From Defluviitaleaceae bacterium (GTDB taxonomy: Bacteria > Bacillota > Clostridia > Lachnospirales > WRAA01), in assembly GCA_009780015.1 (NCBI GenBank), contig WRAW01000004.1, forward strand, positions 1 to 59,524: a stretch of 59,524 bases of DNA, read 5' to 3'. Position numbers and translations under genes: made by a program. Below, in pieces: positions 37,805 to 46,808 of the stretch (the stretch's first letter is position 1; each line of letters begins with the position of its first letter). The notes beneath the pieces are model-generated. The model had not been told where the DNA came from. It did no database searches and saw only the letters and a list, made by a program, of their open reading frames with translations.

Positions 37805-39733
37805 ATGGTTAGAAATAACACAAGCAACAATATAGGGCCGCCTTTATCCGTTAACCCTACCGTTCGGCCTCCCTCCGGCCACCGTCCGGGGATGCCGCTG
37901 CATACGGCCGGAAGCGGCAGAAGCGGCGAAAGCAGCGCCGGCCCCTCGATATCATTCCACAACACAGCCTCCAGGTCAATTTCGAGAATACCTCCCTGGC
38001 TTCAAGCCGCCGATACCACCCGGCCATTCAACCCCAACGACCCGCGCGGCGAATATCCTCTGCTCGGCGGCCGCTTTTCAAGATGGTCGTCGTTCAATTC
38101 GGCAAACCGCAACATCCGAAACGCAAGCACATTAGCCGAAACATCCGCAAACACCCTTACCGAAATAAACCTGCTGCTAAGCACGGCCAGACGGCTTACC
38201 GAAGCCGCCGTCGAAACCGGAAACCTGCAAGACCAGCAAAGGATACAGAGCGAAATAGACAATATACTAGTACGCATAGACGCAATTAACGCAACCGGCA
38301 TACAGTCAATGAACCTGTCAATCCACGGCGCCAGAGCCGAAACGGACGCAATCGCCGCCGCCTCAAGCCGGGGGATCGCGCCCGCGGAGGACTTACCCGA
38401 CGACGCCGACATAGAATGGCCTGAACAGCTTCGTGGTCATGTATACTTCATTCTGTACTCGATAGGAATGCTAAACTACATACTTGATGAATATAACGAA
38501 TTACGCAGCTCCCTTGGCGCCAACCCAAGCGACGATCCCAACGATATTGACCCCGACACCATGAATCACATCGGAAGACTTGCGCTCCTGATGCAGGAAA
38601 CCACAGAGGCGATGAACAACGCGTTCCAGGAATTCGTTGAAATGGCCGAGGCGTGGATATCGGCCAATCCCAATGATCCGTTCAGCCCTGATTACGGCAC
38701 GATTGCCCACAACAGAACGATGTTTAATTATTTCATAACCAGCTTTGTACGATATCCGGCTATTTGGGACGATGATTTCCTTGGCGAGATTACTCGCGGT
38801 ACGGATCAAGCCGTTAGAGGCTACGCCGTCTTAGACCCTCCATACCCCGGCGCTCCCCTGCTTCCGCCGCCAGTCGGAGCCCCTAACATGAGGGAGGCTC
38901 TCGACGGCCTTAACATAGCGCTGTTTGGCGGAACTCGTCCTGACGGCGGTATGCTGGACGGCGGCTCACACGGTCAGCAGGATAATATGGACGGCTTAGG
39001 CGGCCTTACCGGCATAATACTTCGTGTACTAAGCTATGCGGGAGGTTCCTTCGGCAGTGATCCTTCCCCTCCCATCGGCGGCATCGTTCCGACACCACCG
39101 GATATTCCTGATGTCCCTGATTGGCTGCGCCCGGGTCCCGGCCCAAATCCTGAGCATCCCGAACGCCCGACGCGCCCGCCCTTGCCGCCGACCTCACAGC
39201 CGCCCGACCCGCCCGGCGGCATACGCCCTCCCGCGGAACTTGAGCCGCCCCAACGGGATGCGGCGAGTTCAATCTACTTCCATGTCGGCATAAACCGAGG
39301 CGACGGCTGGTGGATGGAGATCGTGTCCGTCAGTTCATCGACCCTGGCTCTGCGCGACGCCCTTGGCAATTCCGCCATAAACGTGGTAAACGCCGACCCT
39401 ATCCAGGCATCCGACAATCTGAGAAGGCTCGACAACGCCATAGCCTTCGTCCTGGGGGAACGGGCGACGCTCGAGGCATACCGGTCACGCCTGAACGCCG
39501 ACAGTTTCAGGGTCAATGAACAGCAGAGCCAGCTCGACCTCATACGCCCCGAGATAGCCGCGCTTGACCGCGAAAACTTCGACCCGGATATGTACGAACG
39601 CAGGCGCGTAGTGATGCTTCTGCAATGGCTTTCCGAAAACGCCGCCCGCTCAAGCCCCGCAAACAACAGGGAAGACCCCATGCCGCCAATTCCGGGCTTT
39701 GTCAGGCCGGCGGAGCCGCCGGGCCAGCAATAA
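37805..39733 (+). CDS. Divergent flagellin-like protein
   Basis: N-terminal D1-like RNASTLAETSANTLTEINLLL...QQRIQSEIDNILVRIDAI; C-terminal FHVGINRG...LRRLDNAIAFVLGERATLEAYRSRL; Pro-rich linker. Confidence 0.65.
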   Translation: MVRNNTSNNIGPPLSVNPTVRPPSGHRPGMPLHTAGSGRSGESSAGPSISFHNTASRSISRIPPWLQAADTTRPFNPNDPRGEYPLLGGRFSRWSSFNSANRNIRNASTLAETSANTLTEINLLLSTARRLTEAAVETGNLQDQQRIQSEIDNILVRIDAINATGIQSMNLSIHGARAETDAIAAASSRGIAPAEDLPDDADIEWPEQLRGHVYFILYSIGMLNYILDEYNELRSSLGANPSDDPNDIDPDTMNHIGRLALLMQETTEAMNNAFQEFVEMAEAWISANPNDPFSPDYGTIAHNRTMFNYFITSFVRYPAIWDDDFLGEITRGTDQAVRGYAVLDPPYPGAPLLPPPVGAPNMREALDGLNIALFGGTRPDGGMLDGGSHGQQDNMDGLGGLTGIILRVLSYAGGSFGSDPSPPIGGIVPTPPDIPDVPDWLRPGPGPNPEHPERPTRPPLPPTSQPPDPPGGIRPPAELEPPQRDAASSIYFHVGINRGDGWWMEIVSVSSSTLALRDALGNSAINVVNADPIQASDNLRRLDNAIAFVLGERATLEAYRSRLNADSFRVNEQQSQLDLIRPEIAALDRENFDPDMYERRRVVMLLQWLSENAARSSPANNREDPMPPIPGFVRPAEPPGQQ

Positions 39734-41051
39734 CCGGAAGCTCAACCCAGAACAGCACGCCGCCGCCCGTGTTCTCAAGCGCGAACCTGAGCCCCATACA
39801 CTCCAGCGTCTTAGCCACAATCGTGAGCCCGAGACCGCTGCGTCCGCCGTGCGTACGCGCCGTATCCACGCGAAAGAATGGGTTGAAGAGCTTAGGAAGC
39901 GTATCTTCATCAATATGAGCGCCGGTGTTCATCACGCACAGCCTTATGTGTTCGTCCGAAGACCCGGCGTTATCCGTCCATATGTGAATCCCGCCGCGCT
40001 CCGGCGTGTTCTGCACAGCGTTTATGACTACGTTGGACAGCGCCCGATCCAGCATCGCGGGATCAGTCACGCACGTGAGCTCCTCTGGAATCCGTAACTC
40101 CAGAGCGAGCTCTTTTTTGTCTATCAACGCCTGATAGCGCGGCAGGACGTCCTCCGCAAGCCCGCGAATACGCACCGTCTCAAGCCTGGGCTCGATCTTG
40201 CCGTCCGTCAGCTTCACAATCTCCAATATCTCGGTTATTATCTTATTTTGCTCGTTAGTCAACTTGAGGCACTCCCACAGGTACTTGGGATGATCCCTGT
40301 ATTCGCCGATGTCGTCGAGCATCCCTTGCAGCAGCGCGCCGGTCGCGGCAATGGGTGTCTTGAGCTCGTGCGACGCCGCCGCGAAGAAGTACCGCTGCGC
40401 CTCCTTCTCCTCCTCCAAGTCCGCGATTGTGTCCTTGAGCTTGCCGTACATCTCGTGCACAATCTCCGACAATGTACCAAGCTCGTCCTTGCGCGCGGGC
40501 GGCGGCGTAACGGGCTCAAGCCGCGACATCAGCATGGCGTCGTCCACCAGTGTCTTTATGGGCCGCGTCATCTGCCGCGCGAACGCCACGGTCGCCACAA
40601 AACAAATCGCTATCAGCACGAGCGACCCCAAAAATATCGTGTCGGTCAACTGCGACAAGTCCTCGCCGCCAAACGCCGGAGCGGACGCCGTCAGCGTAAA
40701 GCCGTCCCCCACCTGCAGCACGATGTTGTAAAGCTGATTGTGCTCCATTATGTCCGTAATATTTACCGACGCGAACACAACACGCCCCCACGGGTCTCGC
40801 ATCACAAAGCTGTACGACTGATTCCTGTCGGAAAAATTGCGCGCGATGCCCGCGTATTCGCTGCGATGCGCCGCCGAAAGCTCCTCCGTCAGTTCCGAAA
40901 AGCTCTCGCTAAGCTGACGTATCCTCGCCGTATTGTAAAACGACACAACCTGCTGGGCAAACAGCGCCGACGTAACGCCGATGACCATCAATATCAGCAG
41001 CATCGTATACAAAAGCACCTTCATAAAGATGCCGTGTCCATCGAATCTCAT
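39702..41051 (-). CDS. HAMP-domain sensor histidine kinase, VanS(B)-like
   Basis: Two TM segments; GIF.KV..YT...LFAQQ; FARQMT.PIK; QRYFFAAASHELKTPIAA; GRSGLGL. The resemblance to VanSB is from memory. Confidence 0.88.
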   Translation of the reverse strand: MRFDGHGIFMKVLLYTMLLILMVIGVTSALFAQQVVSFYNTARIRQLSESFSELTEELSAAHRSEYAGIARNFSDRNQSYSFVMRDPWGRVVFASVNITDIMEHNQLYNIVLQVGDGFTLTASAPAFGGEDLSQLTDTIFLGSLVLIAICFVATVAFARQMTRPIKTLVDDAMLMSRLEPVTPPPARKDELGTLSEIVHEMYGKLKDTIADLEEEKEAQRYFFAAASHELKTPIAATGALLQGMLDDIGEYRDHPKYLWECLKLTNEQNKIITEILEIVKLTDGKIEPRLETVRIRGLAEDVLPRYQALIDKKELALELRIPEELTCVTDPAMLDRALSNVVINAVQNTPERGGIHIWTDNAGSSDEHIRLCVMNTGAHIDEDTLPKLFNPFFRVDTARTHGGRSGLGLTIVAKTLECMGLRFALENTGGGVLFWVELPVIAGPAAPPA

Positions 41052-41080
41052 ATACCTCTCCTCGTCCCGGAACCCGTTTT

Positions 41081-41162
41081 ATTCGCGTTTCGTTGTCTAA
41101 AACCACTTAGACTGCGCCAACTTTTACATTGTGAAAGTTTTAGACAACATGAAAACACGAAT
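41081..41162. repeat. Imperfect inverted repeat between the regulator and kinase genes
   Basis: GTTGTCTAAAAC (41092-41103) / GTTTTAGACAAC (41137-41148), extendable to ATTCG../..CGAAT. Confidence 0.6.
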
Positions 41163-41816
41163 TTATTCCAGACAATACCCCGCCCCGCGCACAGTCTTTA
41201 TAATGTTCTCGGGCAGCTTCTGTCGCAAGTTCTTCATATGTGTCCAGACAGTTCCCTCGTCGCAGTCAAAATCGTAGCCCCACACGCGCGAAAGTATCAT
41301 TGCTGGCGAAAGCGTCCGCCCCTTGCTCTGCACAAGCAGCATAAGTATCTCGAACTCCTTGCGCGTAAGCGTGATCGGCGCGCCGTCGTACTCCGCGCGA
41401 AGCGCCTCGGGAAACAGCGCAAGCTTGTCGTGCCGCACCTCCTTGCTAAGAACGCCGCTCCGCCGCAAGAGCGCCTCGGATCGCATCACAAGTAGCTGTA
41501 TGTTAAACGGCTTCGTCACATAATCGTCGGCTTCGTTCGCAAACGCCTTGATCTGGCTCTCATCATCGGTCAGCGCGGTTATCATGAGCACGGGCGTGCT
41601 GTTCAGCTTGCGAAACTCGCGCAGCAGCTCGTGCCCGCCAAGCCCGGGCAGCATTATGTCCAGTATCACCAGATGATACGTCTTGTCATAAAACATCTCG
41701 AGCGCACGCGCCCCGTCCGCGCTTGTATCCACGGCATAGCCCGCCTGATTCAAATAATTCTTTATCATATCGCGAATGTGCTCGTTGTCCTCGACCACTA
41801 ATATCTGTATGTCCAT
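41163..41816 (-). CDS. OmpR-family response regulator, VanR(B)-like
   Basis: LVILDIMLPG..GHELLREFR, EADDYVTKPF, LTRKEFEIL.LLVQ.KGRTL and KNLR.KLPENIIKT.RG.GY motifs. Confidence 0.9.
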   Translation of the reverse strand: MDIQILVVEDNEHIRDMIKNYLNQAGYAVDTSADGARALEMFYDKTYHLVILDIMLPGLGGHELLREFRKLNSTPVLMITALTDDESQIKAFANEADDYVTKPFNIQLLVMRSEALLRRSGVLSKEVRHDKLALFPEALRAEYDGAPITLTRKEFEILMLLVQSKGRTLSPAMILSRVWGYDFDCDEGTVWTHMKNLRQKLPENIIKTVRGAGYCLE

Positions 41817-41854
41817 TAGCGCCCCCTTACTGATTCAATGCCGCAATTGCCACA

Positions 41855-41886
41855 ATAATACCACGTCTTCATGAAGTTTACATGAA
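41855..41886 (-). promoter_or_regulatory. OmpR-type tandem box and -10 element upstream of the response regulator
   Basis: Minus strand reads TTCATGtaaacTTCATGaa, then 7 bp, then TATTAT. Confidence 0.6.
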
Positions 41887-41929
41887 TTTTAAACGCCCTA
41901 CGGCTAAAAATAACTTTGCCTAGGGCGTT

Positions 41930-42148
41930 TCATATTCGTTTAGGATTATCGGAGCGGCCTGTTAAATAATCAATACTTACGTCGAAATAGTCTGCCAGAG
42001 TGGTTAGACTTTTAATGTTCATGTCTCTTTTGTCGTACTCGTAGTTCTGATAAGCGTTAGTTGCTATCCCAAGGTAGTCAGCAATTTCTCTTTGCGTAAC
42101 ACGTTTTTCCAGCCGTAATTGTTTTAACCGCTCTCCAAATGTAGGCAC
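41930..42148 (-). CDS. XRE-family repressor 1 (72 aa)
   Basis: GTG start after GGAGTG; FGERLKQLRLEK.VTQREIADYLGI...LADYFDVSIDYLTGRSD. Confidence 0.88.
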   Translation of the reverse strand: MPTFGERLKQLRLEKRVTQREIADYLGIATNAYQNYEYDKRDMNIKSLTTLADYFDVSIDYLTGRSDNPKRI

Positions 42149-42233
42149 AAAATCACTCCGCTGCAAAAAATATTAAAACCTCCTTGATGCCATTAAAATA
42201 ATGGTGCATGATATAATCATCATATTGATAGCT

Positions 42234-42443
42234 TTAACGGGTGTCGGAGCGGCCTAGCAAGTAATCGGCGCTGACTTCAAAGTAGTCGGCGAACTTAGAT
42301 AAAACATCTGACGGCGGTAAACGCTCACCCGTTTCATACCTATAGTAAGCCATCACCGATATTCCAACAGCTTCCGCAACGTCTTTTTTAAGCAGTTTGT
42401 GTTCTGTTTGAAGTTGTATAAGGCGCTCACCAAACGAAGGCAT
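42234..42443 (-). CDS. XRE-family repressor 2 (69 aa)
   Basis: FGERL...KKDVAEAVGISVMAYYRYETGER.P...ADYFEVSADYLLGRSD. Confidence 0.88.
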   Translation of the reverse strand: MPSFGERLIQLQTEHKLLKKDVAEAVGISVMAYYRYETGERLPPSDVLSKFADYFEVSADYLLGRSDTR

Positions 42444-42481
42444 AAACATCCCCTGAAAATATGAAAATATTATAAAAAGTA

Positions 42482-42594
42482 TTGACATAACCGTTTGGAT
42501 ATGTTAACCTATCAACAACATATAACCAATCGGTTATGTTAACACACCCGAATGGTTATGACACAACACTACCATACACCACCCCGAAAGTCAA
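42482..42594. promoter_or_regulatory. Face-to-face sigma-A promoters with three CATAACC-N4-GGTTATG-like operators
   Basis: Plus strand TTGACA-17-TAACCT (42482-42510); minus strand TTGACT-17-TAGTGT (42594-42566); operators at 42485, 42520 and 42542. Confidence 0.7.
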
Positions 42595-42609
42595 GGAGAT
42601 AACTTTTAT

Positions 42610-42837
42610 TTATATGCGTTCAGAGTTGTCGGATCGGCCTACCAGATAGTCAAGAGATACATCGAAATAGTCAGAAATGGCGATGAGTGTGTCCGCCGTA
42701 GCTGAGCTTTGTGCGCTTTCCATCATGCTAATAGCCGATTTACCTTTGCCAAGAGCCTTTGCTAATATCTCTTGACTAATATTGCGGCTTGACCTCAATA
42801 ATTTAAGTCTTTCAGAAAAAACTTTTTTGTTAAGCAT
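42610..42837 (-). CDS. XRE-family repressor 3 (75 aa)
   Basis: FSERLKLLR...SQEILAKALGKGKSAISMMES...SDYFDVSLDYLVGRSD. Confidence 0.88.
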   Translation of the reverse strand: MLNKKVFSERLKLLRSSRNISQEILAKALGKGKSAISMMESAQSSATADTLIAISDYFDVSLDYLVGRSDNSERI

Positions 42838-42846
42838 AAAAACCTC

Positions 42847-42948
42847 TTGACAAAAGTTCAATGGTATTGTACAATAACATTGTGTTCAATACCATTGAAC
42901 AAGACTATTTCTTTAGTTTATTTTAGCATGTCAAAATTCCAATGTCAA
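42847..42948. promoter_or_regulatory. Face-to-face sigma-A promoters with two GTTCAAT-N3-ATTGAAC operators
   Basis: Plus strand TTGACA-17-TACAAT (42847-42875); minus strand TTGACA-17-TAAAAT (42948-42920); operators at 42856-42872 and 42884-42900. Confidence 0.75.
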
Positions 42949-42971
42949 TCAACGTCAAAAAGGATGGTTTT

Positions 42972-43250
42972 ATGAAAAATATTTTAGAAGAACTATACTT
43001 CGGGAGCATCGACAAAAATTTTGAACTATACGGTAATAATCCAGATTATGTCGAGTCTGCCCAGCTAAAAGAAATTAATCATGAGAAGCTGGTGGCCGCC
43101 CTGAACGAATCCGAAAAAGAACGGTTTGAAAAATATCTTGTCGCAGACAGGGATTTAAAGGAAATAGAGCAATACAACACCTTCACATATGCCTTCAAGC
43201 TTGGAGTCCTGCTTATGACGGAGGTTGTTGCCCTTCATTCAACCGACTGA
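42972..43250 (+). CDS. Small helical protein, DUF6809-like
   Basis: MKNILEELYFG.I...L...EKERFEKY...F.YAFKLG.LLMTEV; divergent from XRE3. Confidence 0.7.
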   Translation: MKNILEELYFGSIDKNFELYGNNPDYVESAQLKEINHEKLVAALNESEKERFEKYLVADRDLKEIEQYNTFTYAFKLGVLLMTEVVALHSTD

Positions 43251-43725
43251 ACTCCATTTGATAGCAATAGAAATCTATATCGTACATAGATGTTTCACCG
43301 CATTTTGCAAATCCGTTTTTATCGTATAAAGCCAAGGCCGCGGCATTAGATTTGCTGACCGCCATCCTTATACCGTCGAAGCCCCTTGCTTTCACGGAGT
43401 CTATTACGTTTTGCAGAATTATTGTTCCGATTCCTTGCTGCTTCATCGTGGGAATAACGGCTAGTCTTGACAGTTCACAAGGGTTTTTCAGCGCCCATTG
43501 CAAATTATCCAATTCGCTTTCCCGCCCTGCCGTAGCGACAGCAATTATTTTGTCATCATCTTTTAAAATGTACAGCGACTCATTCTCTATATCCGATTTT
43601 GCCGTTTCATTATTGGGATAATACACATTCCAGGCACACCCCGGCGTACCTATCTGGCTATGATATAAATCAAGAATTTCTGGAATATCGTCATGACACG
43701 CTAACGAAAAATTGTATGATCTCAT
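43213..43725 (-). CDS. GNAT family N-acetyltransferase
   Basis: LSRLAV.P..KQQGIGT and N.AALALY.KNGF motifs. Confidence 0.88.
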   Translation of the reverse strand: MRSYNFSLACHDDIPEILDLYHSQIGTPGCAWNVYYPNNETAKSDIENESLYILKDDDKIIAVATAGRESELDNLQWALKNPCELSRLAVIPTMKQQGIGTIILQNVIDSVKARGFDGIRMAVSKSNAAALALYDKNGFAKCGETSMYDIDFYCYQMEFSRLNEGQQPPS

Positions 43726-43757
43726 TTCAACCCAACTTTCTGATAAATAGTATATTA

Positions 43758-44459
43758 CTAATCTCGGCTTCTTTGCCCATAATACGCGTTTGCGCCATGT
43801 TTTCTAAGGTAATGTTTGTCAAGCAGGCTTTGCTGCATTGGCTTGATCCGGGGATTGAGCATTATGGTATGATACGCCGTCATTGAAATTTCCTCAAGCA
43901 CAACCGCGTTATGAACGGCGTCCATGGCGCTTTTTCCCCAGACGAAGGGCCCGTGGCTGTATACGACAGCCGCCGGCATGTGGTTCGGGTCAATACCGCC
44001 CAAGCGTTCGATTATCAATTTGCCGGTTTCTTGTTCATAATCGCCGTTTATTTCAGCCTCGGTCATTTTACGCGTACAGGGTATCTCGTTATAGAAATAA
44101 TCCGCGTGGGTCGTGCCCAAGGCAGGTATGTCCATACCTGCCTGCGCAAAAATCGTCGCCCATCGGCTGTGGGTGTGCACAACCCCGCCCAAGCTCGGGA
44201 ACGCCTTATAAAGCGCGATATGTGTCGGCGTATCGGACGACGGATTAAGCCTGCTCTCAACGCTCCGGCCGCTCGCGATATCGACGACGACCATATCATC
44301 CGCGCTCATAGCGTCATACTCCACTCCCGAGGGCTTGATAACGATCAAACCCTCTTCACGGTCGATTCCTGAGACATTTCCCCATGTAAATGTTACCAAT
44401 CCATATTTCGGAAGCAGCAGGTTCGCTTCGAGCACCTGTTTTTTTAGTTGTTCCAGCAT
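43758..44459 (-). CDS. araD: L-ribulose-5-phosphate 4-epimerase
   Basis: [27 protein letters not shown] and [11 protein letters not shown] motifs. Confidence 0.95.
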   Translation of the reverse strand: MLEQLKKQVLEANLLLPKYGLVTFTWGNVSGIDREEGLIVIKPSGVEYDAMSADDMVVVDIASGRSVESRLNPSSDTPTHIALYKAFPSLGGVVHTHSRWATIFAQAGMDIPALGTTHADYFYNEIPCTRKMTEAEINGDYEQETGKLIIERLGGIDPNHMPAAVVYSHGPFVWGKSAMDAVHNAVVLEEISMTAYHTIMLNPRIKPMQQSLLDKHYLRKHGANAYYGQRSRD

Positions 44460-44473
44460 AATTGGCTCCTCAT

Positions 44474-46048
44474 TTATCTCAAGTATGAGACGGCGGCGTG
44501 TTCGATTTTGAAACCTTGCACGTACCGTTCCATAAATGTGTTGAAACCCCGTACATCTTCGGCATCAGGCTCTATACGCGATCCTTTGCTGTTTGAGAAT
44601 ACCTTTCGCGAAAGGAAGTCTTCCAGCGTTTTGTACTCCGCCCTTTGATCCAAATAGGCCGCCAAAAGCGCGCCTCCCCAAGCTCCGCCGTCGCCCGCGG
44701 ACTCCATTACGGCCACGGGCACATTAAGCGCCGCCGCCAAAATCCGCTGCCCGACGCCCTTTGTTTTGAACAAGCCGCCGTGCCCAAGCAGAATATCCAG
44801 CCGGACATTCTCCTTTTCCGTTAAAATGTCCATGCCAAGCCTCAATGTCGCGACGGATGAACACAACAGAACTCGCATGAAGTTTGCCAGGTTAAGGCGG
44901 CTTCCGGCAGTACGCGCGACCAGCGGGCGGCCTTCCTCAAATCCTGTCGTATGTTCTCCTGAAAGATAGTTGTACGACAGCAATCCGCCGCAGTCGGCGT
45001 CTCCTTCCAGCGCCTTGTTGAATAAGGCGTTGTACATCTCCGCTTTTCCGGTGTCGGCGCCCATTAGTTCATGCGCCTCGCGAAATAGGCCGATCCACGC
45101 GTCCAAGTCGGATGAACAGTTGTTGCAATGCACCATCGCCACCGGCTTTCCCGTGGGCGTAGTCACCATGTCAATTTCAGGATAGACCTTTGACAACGCT
45201 CTTTCCAGCACAATCATGGCGAATATGGATGTTCCCGCCGAAACATTTCCCGCGCGCTCCGCCACGCTGTTAGTCGCGACCATGCCGGTTCCGGCGTCGC
45301 CTTCCGGCGGACATAGCGGAATTCCGGGCTTTAGCGCACCGGAAGCGTCAAGCAGCTTTGCGCCTTCCGCAGTCAGCGCGCCCGCGTTTTCTCCCGCGGC
45401 CAGTACGCGGGGCAGGATGTCGGCCAGCTTCCAGTCAAAGCCCCGATCCGCGACAAGGCCGTCAAATTCGCCTAATATACGCGCGTCATAATCATTTGTC
45501 GCACTGTCAATTGGGAACATGCCCGACGCGTCTCCTACGCCAAGCACCCTTTCTCCGGTCAGCTTGTAGTGCACATAACCGGCCAAAGTAGTCATAAACG
45601 CGATATCCTTGACGTGCTGCCGTTCATCCAGTATTGCCTGACATACATGGGCGACGCTCCAGCGCTGAGGGATGTTAAAGCCGAACTTCTCCGTCAGAAT
45701 GACCGTAGCTTTTTCTGTGCTTGTGTTTCGCCACGTGCGGAACTCGGCAAGCTGATTGTCGTCCTTGTCAAACGGCAAGTAACCGTGCATCATAGCGGAA
45801 ACGCTTATGCCGCAGATATGTTCAAGAGGTTCGCCGTACCTTGCGCCGTAGTCTTCGGAAAGAGATTTATAGCTTGCCTGCGCCCCCGCCCATACGTCGT
45901 CGAGGTGATAAGTCCATACTCCGTCTTCAAAGCGGTTTTCCCAATCGAAGCCGCCGGACGCAACCGGGTTGCAATCATCGTCTATGAGAACCGCCTTTAT
46001 ACGTGTAGAGCCAAACTCAATACCGAGGAACAGTTTTCTTTTCTCCAT
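44474..46048 (-). CDS. FGGY-family carbohydrate kinase (Firmicute L-ribulokinase/xylulokinase-like)
   Basis: [35 protein letters not shown] and GHGGLFKT motifs; adjacent to araD. Confidence 0.9.
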   Translation of the reverse strand: MEKRKLFLGIEFGSTRIKAVLIDDDCNPVASGGFDWENRFEDGVWTYHLDDVWAGAQASYKSLSEDYGARYGEPLEHICGISVSAMMHGYLPFDKDDNQLAEFRTWRNTSTEKATVILTEKFGFNIPQRWSVAHVCQAILDERQHVKDIAFMTTLAGYVHYKLTGERVLGVGDASGMFPIDSATNDYDARILGEFDGLVADRGFDWKLADILPRVLAAGENAGALTAEGAKLLDASGALKPGIPLCPPEGDAGTGMVATNSVAERAGNVSAGTSIFAMIVLERALSKVYPEIDMVTTPTGKPVAMVHCNNCSSDLDAWIGLFREAHELMGADTGKAEMYNALFNKALEGDADCGGLLSYNYLSGEHTTGFEEGRPLVARTAGSRLNLANFMRVLLCSSVATLRLGMDILTEKENVRLDILLGHGGLFKTKGVGQRILAAALNVPVAVMESAGDGGAWGGALLAAYLDQRAEYKTLEDFLSRKVFSNSKGSRIEPDAEDVRGFNTFMERYVQGFKIEHAAVSYLR

Positions 46049-46073
46049 GTCACGCCACCTCTCGTCCATAATA

Positions 46074-46237
46074 TATAGCTGATCCGGTTGAAAACCATCC
46101 CATCAGGCTTGTCTTTTTTGTGCAATACGTCGTCAGTTCCGCCTAGCGTGCCTATAGGCACGCGTCGTTGTCACTTCCTAGTCTTGCGCAAAAAATCCTG
46201 CGCCTGACAGCAACGGTTTTCAACCGGAACAGCTATA
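46074..46237. mobile_element. Type-D palindromic element
   Basis: TATAGCTGATCCGGTTGAAAACC ... GGTTTTCAACCGGAACAGCTATA; shared core in reverse orientation (CGTCGTCAG..CCTAGCGT..ACGCGTCG..TCCTAG). Confidence 0.82.
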
Positions 46238-46345
46238 GTAATATAATATAATAAAAAGAGGTCTGCCGCAAGTCCACAAACAAAATAGCTGCGACAGCCT
46301 CCTTACTCAAGTGAAAAATATTTACCCTACGGCGGGTTAGCTGCA

Positions 46346-46804
46346 TTACCTCATTACTTTTGACTCAATATCACAGATTTCTTGTATCTTTGGGGTGGAT
46401 GATCCGTCCACATATTCTAGCCGTATCCATTCCTTGGCGATTTTTTTCGCAAGCTCAATCCCAATTACCCGCTCCCCCATACAGAGGACGTTTGCGTTGT
46501 TGCTGAGGATGGAACGTTCCGCCGAAAAACTGTCGTGACAAACCGCCGCCCGTATGCCCCGGAATTTGTTGGCCGTCATTGCCATACCGATCCCGGTACC
46601 GCAGACCAGTATCCCCCGTTTTTCAAAACCGCTGTCTATTATGGATCGACAGACTCGAGAAGCTACCGTGGGATAGTTGATGGGGTCGTCAGGGCTGTCG
46701 CAGCCCATATTTTCCACCACCATGCCCTGTTCTTCCAGGAGGGACGCAAGAGCGTCCTTCATGCGTACAGCCGCGTTATCACAGCCGATTACAAAGGTAC
46801 GCAC
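46346..46804 (-). CDS. RpiB/LacAB-family sugar-phosphate isomerase (DerI-like)
   Basis: IGCDNA, GILVCGTGIGM..ANK..GIRAAVCHD and NNANVLCMGER motifs. Confidence 0.9.
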   Translation of the reverse strand: MRTFVIGCDNAAVRMKDALASLLEEQGMVVENMGCDSPDDPINYPTVASRVCRSIIDSGFEKRGILVCGTGIGMAMTANKFRGIRAAVCHDSFSAERSILSNNANVLCMGERVIGIELAKKIAKEWIRLEYVDGSSTPKIQEICDIESKVMR

Positions 46805-46808
46805 GGGC

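Noticed and set aside
37805-39733. Flagellinolysin (protease-containing flagellin)
   Set aside because: No HExxH motif was found in the central region.
40248-41495. Long antisense ORFs (also 28038-29000, 49592-50581, 54031-55005, 5389-6114)
   Set aside because: They are shadows of well-supported genes in GC-rich coding DNA and have no recognisable motifs.
39702-41816. Functional vancomycin resistance cluster
   Set aside because: No ligase, D-lactate dehydrogenase or D,D-peptidase gene is present in the window.
41930-43250. Intact prophage or ICE around the XRE genes
   Set aside because: No integrase, replication, structural or conjugation genes flank the array.
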